A stretch of 64,000 nt of DNA from Protoeuglena noctilucae (lineage: Eukaryota), in the NCBI GenBank assembly GCA_958009085.1, contig OY253668.1, positions 1,612,001 to 1,676,000 of the forward strand, written 5' to 3'. Made by a program: the position numbers and the translations under genes. Below are positions 23,532 through 37,119 of the stretch, in pieces. Below the pieces are notes generated by a model. The model saw nothing but the letters and a program-made list of their open reading frames with translations, ran no database searches and was not told where the DNA came from. Within the stretch, counting starts at the first letter, position 1; the number at the start of each line of letters is the position of its first letter.

Positions 23532-26404
23532 ATGCCGCGGGAAATCATCACCCTGCAGGCGAGCGAAGAGTGAATGTGCTCTGCGGAGCATGCCATGTGG
23601 GTGGAGCGGCCCGAAGGAAAGGCGCCCTCGCGCGCGGAGAGGCGCTGCGAGCGGGAGCGACAGGTCGGCCCCAGGGTCGCCGACCGCGATTGGCAGAGGC
23701 CCGGTCTCGCTTCCGATAGAGTCTTCTCTGAACGCGTAAGTCGTCTGCGCCAGCGCAGGTTGGCCAGTGCGGCAACCAGGTCGGGGCGGAGTTTTGGAGG
23801 AAACTGTGCGCTGAGCACGGCATCAGCAAGGACGGCATCCTCGAGGAGTTTGCCACGCAGGTGAGCCCCGCGATCGGATTTTCGATCTGCTATCTTGTAC
23901 CTGTGATGGTGTGCTGCCCGCACGCGCATCGCTCCTGCGCCCCTCGCGCAGGGCGGCGACCGCAAGGATGTCTTCTTCTACCAAGCGGACGACGAGCACT
24001 ACGTGCCTCGCTCGCTGCTCCTCGACCTCGAGCCGCGCGTGATCAACTCGATCCAGTCGTCGGACATCCGCAACCTCTTCAACCACGAGAACATTTACCT
24101 GTCAAACCACGGCGGGGGCGCGGGCAACAACTGGGCGGAGGGATTTACGCAGGGCGAGTCCGTGCAGGAGGAGATCCTCGACATGATCGATCGGGAGGTC
24201 GACGGTTCGGATTCCCTCGAGGGTTTCGTCATGGTGCACTCCATCGCGGGTGGCACAGGTGGGCGCAGTAATGCAACCGCAGTGTGACATGGAAGGGGTG
24301 CAGTCGAAGCCCGTCGTGAGCCAAACCACGGCTTTTATGAAAACTTATCGTACTGCAACCTCTTGCAACTCTGCACATCGCAGGCTCGGGCCTGGGTTCC
24401 TACTTGCTGGAGACGCTCAACGACCGCTACCCCAAGAAGCTCATCCAGACATACTCGGTGTTCCCCAACCAGCACGACACCTCGGACGTGGTCGTGCAGC
24501 CTTACAACTCGCTCCTGACCCTCAAGGTGACGCCTGCTGACGCGGCATTTGTGGCGCACGGCACAGCCGGCGGCGGCACTACATATATCTGTGGCTCGGT
24601 GCCGGCCTCGCACCCCTCAAATCAAACCTCCGCACCTCGCATCGTGCTGCTGCTTGCCGGGACCGTCCCTGCTTCCACCAAGTGCCACCCCCGCCACCGC
24701 AGCGCCTGGCCCTCAACGCGGACGCGGTGGCGGTGCTGGACAACACGGCCCTCAACCGCATCGCCGTGGAGCGCCTGCACATCGAGAACCCCTCCTTCGC
24801 GCAAGTCAACTCCCTGGTGTCCACCGTCATGGCCGCCTCCACCACCACCCTGGTGAGGGCGGGGCCGCGGCAGCGAACATTGGCTGGTCGCATTGGTAAG
24901 GTGTTGCATAACTGGTTGTCACGCATGGAGAGAAGAAAAGAGTCACAGGAGCTTTGCCACGCCGGTGACCTGCGTTTGCCAGAATGCGCTCCCACCCTTG
25001 CCTGAAACCAGGCACCGAACCCCGTCCCTCGCAGCGGTACCCCGGGTACATGAACAACGACTTGGTGGGTCTCGTGGCCGGCCTGGTTCCGGTGCCCAAG
25101 TGCCACTTCCTGATGACCGGGTACACCCCGCTGACGATCGAGGGGGAGCGCGAGGCGGGGCCCATCAGCACCGTGCGCAAGACGTCCGTCCTGGATGTGA
25201 TGAGGTGAGATGGGATGAGGCGCGGCGAGTGTACAGGGTGGCTGCCACGCGGCTGGGCTTAGCCCACGCGGAACCTCGCCCATCTCACCTGTCATCACCT
25301 CGCCCTGACCCCAGGCGCCTCCTGCACGACAAAAACATCATGGTCTCTCGCATGGCCAAGAACCGAGCCAGCGCCACTGCCAAGTACCTCTCGATCCTCA
25401 ACGTCATCCAGGGGGAGGTGGAGCCCTCCCAGGTGCACCGGTCCCTTGAGCGCATCCGGTGAGGGCGGGGCGGGTTGCAGTGGGGCAAGTGTGATGCGTG
25501 CAGTGGGGCAAGCACGGTTTGCATGCAGTGGCGGTGGGGTTGGGTGCGATGCGTACAAGAGGTGGCCCACCAGCACCATGTCACGATAGTCCTGGTACTA
25601 CTGTGTCCCCAGCACCGTGTGACCAGCACCTTGACCCTCTCCCTGCCTTCTTTGGTGCAGGGAGCGCAAGCTGGCTTCCTTCATCGAGTGGGGTCCTGCA
25701 TCCATCCAGGTCGCCCTGTCCAAGAAATCCCCGTACGTCAAGACCAGCCACCGCGTGTCGGGTCTCATGCTCGCCAACCACACCTCCATCCGCCACCTCT
25801 TCAGCCACACCGTCCAGCAGTACGACAAGCTGGTGAGGGACTCTTGGGATCCCGTGGGAGGTCAAGCCTACTGGCTGACGACCCCCGATGCTTCGCATGG
25901 ACTAAACAGTGGCAATGGCGGCGCGGGGTGTGGTGTGAATTGACGATGGCGGGGTGGGTGTGAAGTGGGGGTCGCTCGTCTGAAGCGGTGGCTTAGGTCC
26001 TCCCCCACGCATATCGTGCTGCGCAGGTCAGCCGCAAGGCATTCCTCGACAGGTACAAGGGGATCGAGGCGTTTGCTGCGGGGGGCCGTGACATCGGTGA
26101 GATGGGATGGGGGATGGGACATGGGATTGATGGATGAGATCACACAGGAGATGGTTCATTGTGGTTAAGGGAGCCACGTGCGGCACTGCGCCTTTTCGCA
26201 ACCCCGCGTCGCTGCCGAGGTTCGAACGCGTGACTCCGCCCTTCCGCTCCCCGACGTGTGAACATCGCGCTTTTGCTCGCAGAGATCGAGATGGAGGATG
26301 CCAGGGAGGTGGTGCAGGGCATCGCGGACGAGTACGCGGCGTGCGAGCAGCCAGACTACCTGGAAAGGAGCGCCAGGGCCGCGTCCCGGCCCGGCATGCT
26401 TTGA
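23532..26404 (+). CDS. TUBG: Gamma-tubulin, 10 exons
   Basis: [100 protein letters not shown]. Confidence 0.98.
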
Positions 26405-26746
26405 GGTACTCTGCTGGTCCAAAGTGCTGTGAGGTGCTATGTTTTACCACGTGTGCTGCGAGATGCTCTGTTGATCAAGTGTGCTGCGGAGTGCTTTCGC
26501 CACAAGGGCAGGGAGCTTGCCATGGTTGAGCGACGCCGGCAGAGCCGTAGAGCGCAGTTGCTGGGCGCATGCCTGCATTTGAAATCCCGACTCATTTGGC
26601 TCGCGGGGTACATGCCGGTACCAGCTAACCATCCACGTTCAAGCATCACCGTCACTCGCTAGGTGCTACGCTGTGCATCGATCAATCACACGTCTTGCTA
26701 TCCGAAAGAACACGCAGACGAGGCTCGTCTCATCCCACTCGCTCGG

Positions 26747-29700
26747 TCACAGCGACGGAGAGGACGGTTCCCCGTCGCTGTCAGAAACCTCCAGGGCGAC
26801 ACCCATGCCGTCCTCTGCCTCCCTTTCCACTTGCACACGCCCCGCCCCTGGGCCGCTCCGCCCGATTGCCCCGGCGCCCGTGCCTGCGTCCGGCGTCGGG
26901 TTGCTCCCTACCGACGAAGAGTCGACTCCAGGGGACGTGCTGTGACCCTCCGGCGTCCCGCCTGGGGAAACGTGCTCGGTGCCGCCCCTCGCGGCCCTCG
27001 CGCGGACCTCCAGGTCCCGCAAGGAGGCGATCATCTCCGGGGTGAGGCCCAGAGGGTACGACCGGGATGCGGGTGCGTTTTCCACGGTCAGTGGGGCTGG
27101 GGAGATCAACGCGGATGGAGGGCCCGTCGGGGTCACGGGTGGGGATGGCCCAACGGGGGTGCGGAGGGGAGGGATGCCTCGCGACAGCGCTGAGTCTTGC
27201 GAGACGTCTAGCGAGGCTTTCCTCGGCGCCTGCGGGTGAGAGGGACACGTGCCGTGCATTGGGAAGCTGCATGTGAGGCAGGTGGTGTGTGTGAGCATAA
27301 TGCTGGCACCGGTTGAAAAGCAAGTCTGTCAGAGAGGTAGGCAGGTGCGACCCGGTGCCATGAATGCGACACAAGGAGACGCCGTGCGCGCTCGCCAAGC
27401 CCCTCTATGCCCTCGCATCTCGCCGTCTCACCGTGTCTGCCTGGCGTGGCGCCTGGGGAAGGGACGACCCCGCAGCCGGGACCCACAGCCGCGCTCCCTC
27501 GCGGCTCTCGTCGCCGTCGGGCTCCAGCAGCGCCTCGGGGGGCAGATGCGCGGGAGAGCGGCCCCGAGACACGGGACGCCCACGGACGTCGCCCTCCCTC
27601 GCCACGGGGGCTGCCGGGACAGGGCTGGTCGCGAGCGAGGGCGCGCGGGGCGCCCGTCCAACTGCCAGCGCGCGCGGGAGCTCCGAACCCGCCAGCCCCG
27701 GCCGCAGCTCGCCCATCGCATCTGCCGCGTGGCCCATCGCACCGTCGCCGTCCCGCGGCTCGTCGTCCGCGCTGCTCCGCTGCGCCTGGAACCCCGGGAA
27801 GTCCGGGCCAGCGTCCATCCCCGCAGTGACTGCCTCCCGACCCTCAAACTCGGCCGCGGCAGACGCCCGCTCCCCGCTCGCCCCGCGCTCCACGTCGTCC
27901 AGCAGTGCGGCGGGGGGCAGCGTCACGCTCGCCTCCCCCCGGCGACGCGCGCCCCGGTTCCCGCCACCCTCGACCTCCCCGCGACGCTCAAGGCTCGACA
28001 CCGCCTCTTGCAGCTCCCGCAACTTCGCCTCGAGTTGGCCAAACCCCACACCCTCCGCGTCGCTCGCCTCCTCCTCCCGCCCCATCGCAGCGTCCTCACC
28101 CCGCCCGCTTCCCTCCCCTGGCCCCGCCAGCAGGTGGTCAGCCCCAGGGCCCTCCGCGTCCCACTCCCCCGTGCCGCCCCACCCGTGTGCGTCCGAGCCC
28201 AATCCGTCTCTGAAGGAGGGCATGCGCGGCCGGCGGTGCCCCGCCCCGCCGTCCTCCGCCTCGCCTTCCGTCGCGCCAGGCCCCGCGAGCAGCCCAGCCT
28301 CAGCCAGGCTCGCGGCCGCCCACGCCGACTCCGCATCGACGTCCGCGTCGGTCTCTGGCTTCAGCCCGAGCGGCCGGGAGGGAACCACGGCGACCTTGAC
28401 CACCCCGACGCGACCTTGTGCGAAGTCCAGGAGCTGGTACCACCCGCTGAGCCTGGCCAGGCCCAGGTAGAGCGAACGGAGGTCGATCGCCGCACAGCCC
28501 CACAGCACCGGCGAGGTGTTCGCAAAGCCGGGCCCCGAAGCACCCGCCCCTTGCGCGTGCGCGGAAACGATCCAGACTTTGAGCAGCGCGGTCGTCAGGG
28601 CCGCGTCCGCCACCAGAGCCCGTCGCTCGGCCGGCGTCGCGGCGGGGCGGACAGGGAAGTGCTGCGTGTAGTGCCACTCCACGCGCGCCGTGCCCTGGCC
28701 GTCCCCGGCGGCGTCCGCCTCCGCCGCCACCCGCACCGCCTGGGTCAGCGTTTGCTCCTCCCCGGCACCCCACTCCATGGTCACATACGCACGCACGGTG
28801 CCAGACCCAAAGCCCTCCCCAGCGGGTTCGGCCGCTGACAACGTGGCCCCTCGCTGCCCGATCTCGAAGGCGCTCGGGGTGTGTAGGGCTCCCCTAGCCA
28901 AACGGGCGAGGCGCGGCAGGGGCAATCCCCGCGCGCCCTCCACCGTGACCCCCACCATCACCGCATCGTCGTCCACCCACGCCGCAGAAAGCGGCGCCGG
29001 GAACGTCGACGGCACGATTGCCCCGGCGGGGTACGCTCCCCTTGCCACCAGCTGCGAGTGGCCAGGCGCTGCGTCTGGCGCCGTGGGGGCGGACTCTGCC
29101 CTGTGCGTTGTTGCGCCCGCACTTTCCCGGATCGGTGCCGGTGACCCCGTATCAGGGCCCCGATCCCGCGAAGTGCCGTGCGCCGCGTCCCGGCCTCGAC
29201 CAGGGCTGCCCGTCTCGCCCTGGCTCGTGGCCCTGCCATCCACGACGCCCCTCTGCCCAGCCACACCCGCACCCTCTCCCGCGACCCGTTCGTCGCTCAC
29301 CGCACCGTCGCGCATGAACGCGGCGACGGCGTCTTGACCACCGCTCTTAGGCACGTCGCTACTCACGCCTCCTCTTACCCTCTCCTCATGTCTGTCCTCG
29401 TACCCCTCATCATTGCCCCGGCCTCCCTCCGCGCCCTCATCCACACCCTCGTCCACCTCGTCATCTCCCGCATCTTCCTCCTTGGGCATCTCCAGCAGCA
29501 CCTTGACGCGCAGCTTGGCAGCGCCCAGGAAGCGGCTGTCGGGCTGGACGAGGTAGAAGGTCCCAGACAGCCACCGCCCGCGCCCGGTGGACAGCGACGT
29601 CTCGTGGGCGCCCTGGGTGACCTGCGGTGGGTGCACAGGGAGGTGACGCTTCTTCTGAGGCGGTGAGGGTAGGCGAGGCGACGTGAGCCGTGCGTGTTCA

Positions 29701-32700
29701 TGCGCACGACGGGTGCAGTCAAGACGGTGAGGTCAGGAACACGACGGAGTGAGTGAAGTACATCAGCTCAAGCCTGGTCTAAGCGCACGAGTCCACACAG
29801 GAACTCTCACCAGGGGCAAGAGGTCCACCTCTGCGTAGCCAACGTCCGTGACTTTCCCGGGATGGTTGGCGCGGGGCGGGTCCTGACGTTTCACGCGGAT
29901 GACCAGAGGGGAAGACGAGAGACGGTCGGGGAGGTCCGGAGTCAGCGTGAGTTTGACGGTGCCCGTGTGGCGAATCGGGACCTGGGTGAGAGAGGCGGTC
30001 AGAGACGGCTCACTGACTGGCTGTGATGGGCGTGTGGCAGGTGCTGCTGACCTGACCCTAACCTCATCACCACCTGCAGCTCCCGCTCCTCGCCCACATC
30101 ACACACACGCACCTGCAAACACACCCTAACACCCACACCCACCGTCAGCTCCCGCTCACCTTCCACGGCGCGCCCGCTGCCACGGGGGCCACGGGTCCCC
30201 GGGGTGCCGACCGCTCCTCCACCTTTGAGAGCGGGGCCTCCCACTGGGCCCAGTACGCGGCCGCACGGGGCCTCTCCACCTCCAGGTCTTCGTTGAGAGG
30301 CAGGGAAAGCTGCTCCACAAAGACATGCAGGCGGGCACGTGGAGTGGGGTGCGGGAGCGCGGGCGGGGCTCCCTCGGGCGGCGCGACCGCAAGCGAGGTC
30401 CGGGCGTCGAGCGGCGGCATGAGGAGGCAGCCGGAGAGGTCGGGGTCTTTCGAGAGGAAAGGGGCCAGGGCAGACACGAGGCGGCGGTGGAGCTCGGCGC
30501 GCGGGAGGACGCTGCCGGCCGCGATGCGCTCTCTCGCGTCCAGGTCCGGGTCCGACAGATCAATGCTCTCGTCGGGACCCTCGAGGCCCACGGGGTCCAA
30601 GGAGAGGCTCAGCTGCACTGCGCCCGCGTGTTCGCCCCGCCGGGACCGCAGATGCACCCAGGCACGGTCCACGCCGCCCGGGCGGGCCAGCAGGGCAGCG
30701 AGCGGCAGCGTCGCTGCGCCCAGGAAGACCTCCCGGGGCGGCGCGGGTCCCGGGGGATCGCCGTTGCTGCGGTCGGCCAAAGGCGGCGTGCGGGGGCAGT
30801 GGTGCCACAGCTCAACACGGGCCTCTGAGGAGGCCAGGGCGCGCGCGAGGGGCTCGTCGAGGACGAGGGGCACGTCCCTGGCGTAGTCCCACTCTGGGCA
30901 GAAGGCGTGGGCCTGGAAGGGCGTGCGGAGGGGCGGGATGCGGAGGTCCAAGTCGTCGCGGTCTGGGAAGAGCTGCGGGTGGTAAGCGAGGGGCCAGTGT
31001 TGTGAGGTCGTGGGCAGTCGAGATGAGGAGTGAGAGGGCAGCGTCGTGCATGTGTGGGCAAGGCGGGGTGGGGGAGCGAGAGCGCAACGTCCCGCATGGG
31101 CGGTTGGGGTGCGGAAGCAACGAGACGAGTAAGAGTGTTTTCCGCAGTTAAGTCAACAAGAACCTCTCCCGCTCACCTGGACGCGCGCGTAGGCGTGGGG
31201 CCCCAACTGCGATGCGCGTCCCATGACCTGCGTGGCTTTGCTCCCCAGCCACAGCTCCGCCTCCTTCGCCGCCGCCTGCAGCCCGCACGCCCGGTGCACC
31301 GCCACCGACAGCACCGCCCGCACCGTCCGCGGCGCCATGCCGGGGCCGTGGCCGCCCTCACCAACACCCACCGCCGACACGCGCCTACCCCGCCCCACCC
31401 CCGCACCTTCCCCGCCGCTCTCCTCCCAATCGTCGACCACTCCGCTACCCCCCCACGAGTCCTCCGACCCCCGCCCTCCCAGCGACAATTCCCTCTCCAC
31501 CGCAGCCCCAGCACGCCCCCGGCCCTCGTCCACTCCCCCAGCGTCGCCCCGAACTGGGACTGCCTCGTAGGAAACGTCCACTCGCAGGACGGGGCTCCGG
31601 CCCAACGTTCGCGCCACAAAGGCCTCGGGACCCTTGGGGTTGAGGGATAAGGGGAGATGGTATGACCGGGAGACGCGCCTGGGCCCACTGGGATCGTTCG
31701 TATTTGAACCTGCTGTCCGTGTCAACTCCACCAGGTCCTCGATCGGCAACTGCGGTGGGAAGCAGGTATTGCTTGAGAATTGCGGAGAGCGACTGGAGCA
31801 GGCCAGCAGCTTGGCGGGCGTACAAGACACATAGCACACGCAGGCATCCACAACGCACGATAGATCCGACAACGCACAAGTCACCTCGGCGGAACCCAGC
31901 ATGGTGTCGTGCCCGTTGATCCATCGGCTCCAGACCTGGAACCCCAGCGCCCCGCCGCCCTCCGCGTCCCGCCCGGCCAGCTCCGCCAGGTGAGCCCCCA
32001 GCGACTCCACTGCCGGAAGCACCACCGCATGCCGTGCGTGCGCACCGATCTGCATGCGGTCCGCGCAGGGCGCCGTCCGCGTGAACAGCGCCTCCGCCTC
32101 CCCCGGGAACGCGTAGCGGACGTAGCGGCCCGTGGGGTGCCGCCGCCGACGAGCGTCGAAGTGCTGCGGGGCCGGCAGCCGCGACGCCCCAGCCACCACC
32201 ACGTCGAAAACGTGCTGGTAGTCGGAGGCGGGCTCCTCTTCCGGCAGCGCCTCCCACGCCGCGGGCGCCAGCGACGCCTCGGCAGCCACGCCAGCGTCCT
32301 CGCCCCGGCCGTCAGACGCGGGTGCAGCCGCGGGGGCAGTCGGCGCCACCGTCACACGCAGCGAAACCTCCCCCGTCGCATCCCCGCGGCCCAGGACGTC
32401 CCGGACAGGGAACGTCCCGGCGCACACGGTCGCGGGGCCCTTCAGCCAATCGGCGGGTGGCACGTCGCCCGTGGCGGCACCCGGCGGGGGCGACAGTCCC
32501 GGCAGCAGTGGCGCCCGCGCCAGGCCCACCAGCCGCGCGCCGCCGCGCCCCTCGCCGCGCGCGTCCAGCTCCCTCACCCAGATCTCCAGGCCCAGGCTGG
32601 ACGCCTGCCCCAGGGCCTGTGCCGACACCCCCACGGCTTCCAAGAGAGCGGCTGGCACTCCCCCGGCCGACTCCGCAACCGGCTCTGCGTCCGATCCTAC

Positions 32701-35700
32701 CGATTCCGAGACAGCTCCGGGGCCCGGCAGCGGCCCCGAGAAGAGCGGCAGCTCCGCCAGGGGTTGCGGGGACCGGAAACCCTTAAGAAGCCCGTACACG
32801 TACGCCTCCGGGCGGCCGCTGGCGCCGGCGGGTGCGCGCGCGTCCCTCCCTGTCTGCGCCGCGCCGGGGCGCTCCTCGGGCCCGGTGCCACCCCGCAGCT
32901 TCCTCGCGGCCTCGGTCAGTACGTGACCTGACACCCGCGCCACGCAGACACGCAGCGACAGCCCGGGGACCTCTGGCAGGGCCGCGCCCGGGACGGCACC
33001 CTCGCGCGCCCGCGGCGGTGACGCTGGCCCGCTCTTAGCCCCCGCCTCGCCCTGCAATGCCCCCGGCTTGTCTGCCCCTGTCGTTATCCCCGCCTCTCGC
33101 TTTGCTTGCTTCGGATCTCCCCCAGCCCTGTCCCCAGGACGCGCGGCCTTCTTCCCTGGGCCGCCCGCACCCCGCTGCCCCCTTGCGCCCCGCCGCGCTC
33201 CCTGCCGCGCTCCCCGCCCCGTGGATGACTCGTCACTGCTCGAATCCCCTGGGCCACGCACGGGCCTCTGGAAGAAGACCTCCCGTAGAATGGCGTCCTC
33301 TGCCACCATCTCCGCATCCTCGCCCTCCTCCGAGTCCCACGCGCCGTCGCCGTCTGGGCCACCGCGGTCGCTGCTCACCGCCAGGCTGCCGTCGTCAGAA
33401 ACCCGCCCGTTGGGGCGCCGGTTCGCAGGCGCGGCGTCCGCATCGCGAGGGTTCGTGGACTCCGGGCTCGGCGCGAAGTCTGAGGGATCGAAGGCCCCCG
33501 CACGCAGCCCGGCAGCCGCGGCGGGGAAGTGTGGAGGCACGACGGGGGTCGCAAGTCTGAGGCCGGCGAACGGCGAGGGTTGCGCGGCTGGGTCCGGATA
33601 TGGCGTGCTCGGTGCCAGGGACGCGTCCATCGCACGGCGGAGGGCCTGCGGACAGAGGAACAGGGATGGGTGGTTGGTGTGCGGTGGAGTTGCGCGCATG
33701 CAGGCCATGCAGCGGCCTAAACCGGGCAACCCTCGCACCTCTGCACGTGCGATGATGTCCTGCAGCGGGTTAGCGCCCCCAGAGTGGACTGGCTGGACGG
33801 TGTCCGCCTCTTGCACCGGCCCCGGCCTCCCAGGCGCTGGCGATGCTTGCGCAGGGCCTGGGACAGGAGCAGGTTCATTGGCCGCGACCCTGACACTCTC
33901 CGGCACCCTCTCGCCACCTCCGGTCCTCGCACCGGCCCCTGCCTCCTCGCTGGGCCTGACACGCCTCGGTGCCGCTCCACCCGCACCCCTCGTCACACCG
34001 GCGGCCTCAGCCGTGGCCCCTCCGGGGCTCAACCCCACGCGCCGCGACAGCGGCTCTCCCGTCGCTTCCGATGTCACTGCGGCGTCTGATCCCGGGGAAC
34101 CCCCTCCGTCAGCCCATGCATCGGCAGCCCCCCCAGGCGACCTGTCCGGCAGCGCGATCGCCTCCTCTGCCCCCGCCGTCCCTGCCACGTCGTCCGCCGT
34201 CTGCGTCATGGCCTCCGCCGACGCCCGCAGGACGCCCCCGCGACCCATGCGCTCCATGCGCCGCACCGTCGCAGATGACACTTTGCGCGCCGGGGCAGGA
34301 GATGTCCCTGCACTGCCCGGGTCACCCAGGGACGCCCGCACGCCCGCCGCGTCCGCCTTGTCGCCCCCCTCGCCGCTCTCCGCGCCCTCGGGCAGCTCCG
34401 CGTTCGAGAGGAGGAATGTCACTGCGGGACGAGACAGGGCGGTGCCGGCGGGTGTGTTTGATTGTGCAACTGGCGCCCCCACGCCACCAGAGCATCGCCG
34501 CGCTGCATGCCCTCACTCGTCTCTCGTAGCTGCTCGTATGTCACGGCTTCGGTCGCCCCGCCCATCCGAGCGTCGATAGCAGCCAACAGGCACCGCAGTG
34601 CGTGCGGGGCAGCAGTGGGGGCCACCGAGGCCAGGAGCCAGGCAATCGCGTCCAGCGGCACGGCGCCGCCGCGGTTCCACGCCATTTCCCGGAAGCCGTT
34701 GCGGAGGTCGAGGCTCCGGCGCCCCATCTCGACCAACAGCGGCGTGGCACGGCCCGCCAGGGCGCCCCACTTGCCCGAGGCGGCCCACATGCCTGCGCGA
34801 CACGAACAAAAACATCTGTATGGCCCAGACATGCTACCAATTACGGCAGTGCGCCCCAGAGAGCCCCGCACAGCCCTGCAGTGCATAGCGCAGGTGCCTG
34901 GGTGCGTGTGGCCGGCATATCTCACATGCGTCGGATGCGAGTGCGCACTCGTCGCGGACGAAATCCATGGGCAGGCCCTGCTCGGGGTTCCCAGGCGCAG
35001 AGGCGCTGGCCCCCGGCAGGGCGACGATGAGCATGGCGACGTCCCATGCAGACTTGGACGGGGCTTCCGGGAGCAGGCGCTTGAAGAGCCGGGGAGCGCC
35101 GCGAGCCTGGATGCTCTGCGTATGAGCAGCGGGTTCGAGTCAGCAAAGCTGTGCCGCATGGTTGACATGACGATCGGGCTGCCTGACGCATGCAGCGCAC
35201 CTGGGGCGCCACCCGCGCCTTGGACCGATCCGCCGCCACCTCCATGAACATCTCCCGCACTATCTGCGAGCCGAGCACCACGACAGGGGCGACTGAGTGG
35301 CCCAGCGACCCATGCACCAATGCGCCTCACTTTCCGCGTTTGCGTCCTCTCGCTTGTGGCCACGAGCGTGCTTGCGATCGCAGGCGTCCGCGAGCGCTCA
35401 CCTCCGGCTCCGCGGCGAAGGCCTGGTGGATGGCCACCACGGTGCGGGCAGCCTCCGTCATGCCCTGTGTCAGGCGTGCCAGACGAGCGGCGTCGTCCTG
35501 GGAGAGGCGCAGGTGGGCGTCCGGGAGGTGGGAGTACCTGCGACGCGGAGATGACGCAGTGAGCGAGGCAGAAGCCCGCGAGGGCGCAGCAGCAACAGCG
35601 CCGCGCTCGCCTGTGGGAGGCGTGGGTCGGGGACGCCTGGGCCGCGGTCGTCGAGACCGTCGAGACGTCGGCGATGACCGGCGGCACCCGCGCCCTCGGC

Positions 35701-36644
35701 GAGGCCCGCGCGACGGCCTGGCGCAGAGCAGCGTCTCCCTGGCTGAGGTGTTCGTTGAGTTCGAAACTTGAGACCACCGCATCGTCATACGCCACCACGA
35801 CGGTCATCTCCACTGCGGGCCAGGCGACAGAGCGGCAGATGAAGGGAGTCTGAGAAGATGCAGGAAGCACCCAGACGTGACACGTGCAAACGGTGTGCCT
35901 GGAGAGCCCCTGAGGTCGCATGACGTACCGGTGCCAGCGGGGCGGCCTTGGTCCGTGAAGGCCGTGAAGGTGCCTTGGAGCGGAGCCACGGCCCCGAGTC
36001 CGTTGGTTTCGATCGGGAGCGTGCCGATGCGGGCGCCCGACGACGCGTCGAACAACTCCAGCACCTGCGCAGAGGTGCTCAAGAACCACAGTGGTGGTGA
36101 TGGTGGTGGCGGTCTATACGGCCTCTGCCATTCAGAGACGGCGCGAGACTTTTGTGCATCGGACCTTCCGCAATGCTCGCGCGCTCACCATGCGCTCCAT
36201 GTCCTTCAGATACCTCGCAAAGTTCTGGGGCCCGCAGCGCACGTCGAAACGCACGGCATCGGCCGTAGAAGACGAGAAGTGCAGCTCCGTGGACCCCGCG
36301 CCCCTCTCGCCCCACCACTTGACGCGCGCAATGATGTCGCTGCGCGAGCGGAAGGGCCGGCGCGTCGATTGGGGCTGTGGTTTTCGCGGTCATGGCGCGA
36401 TGGGGCAGGTGCACCCGGGCGCCGGCCATCCGCGCGGCTAGTCCTCCCATCCTGAATGCCTTCCGAGTGCTAATCACATGCACGCGGAATCGCCCTGAAA
36501 CGCGCGTGCCTTGAGCGGCAATCCACACCTGGGCCCACCCCTCCGCTCGCTCGCGAAGTTCCCGAGCGCCAGGGTGAGGGATCCCCGGACCAGGCCTCCC
36601 ACGTCCGGCGGAAGCGACAGGGTAGATATCCTCGGCACCACCAT
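26747..36644 (-). CDS. C2CD3: C2CD3-like multi-C2-domain centriolar protein (about 10 kb, many exons; 3' end approximate)
   Basis: N-terminal LPPDVGG..RVKWWGE..FDVRCGPQNFARYLKDM..SSFELNEHL, internal VAVHRACGLQAAA..AFCPEW..LGAATLPLAALL and LSGWYQLLDF..GVVKVAVVP resemble C2CD3 C2 modules. Phase-compatible splices join the separate ORFs. Confidence 0.78.
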
Positions 36645-37119
36645 CTTCCCCAGAGACAGCCACGTGCTTGCCGGGAGGCACACTCACGCCCACCCTTCCG
36701 CCACGACCCTGCCCGCGCGAGAAGCGCTGAAGCTTATGTCAGAGGAGCGGGAGCGTTTCCACAAGACCTCATATCGCTACAGAGAGTCTCGCTCGGGCCA
36801 AGGATATGTGCGCGCGACGGGCACGGGAGCGAGATTTAAACCAAGACGTAGCGCCAGCTCGCTCCACGGTCGCGAGCCCCGGGCCCCGGCCGCGCCTTCG
36901 GCCACACAAGCACGTCGCCATCCAGCTGCCGGACTGCGATTGAGAGAACCCTTTGCCGGCCAACCTGACTGGAGCGCCAGTCCGAGGAGGGTCCCCGGGG
37001 TTTCTGCGCCGCGCATGCGCATGGGCGGGACAGTCCTACGCCGCTTTCCTCTGGCAATTGGAACGCCATCACGGGGCTGGGGCGTGCCACCGCGGCAGAA
37101 TCCGGAGCCTGGGGCTGCC

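Noticed and set aside
30055..30130. Two CCCTAA telomere-like hexamers
   Set aside because: Isolated copies in a GT-rich intron, not an array.
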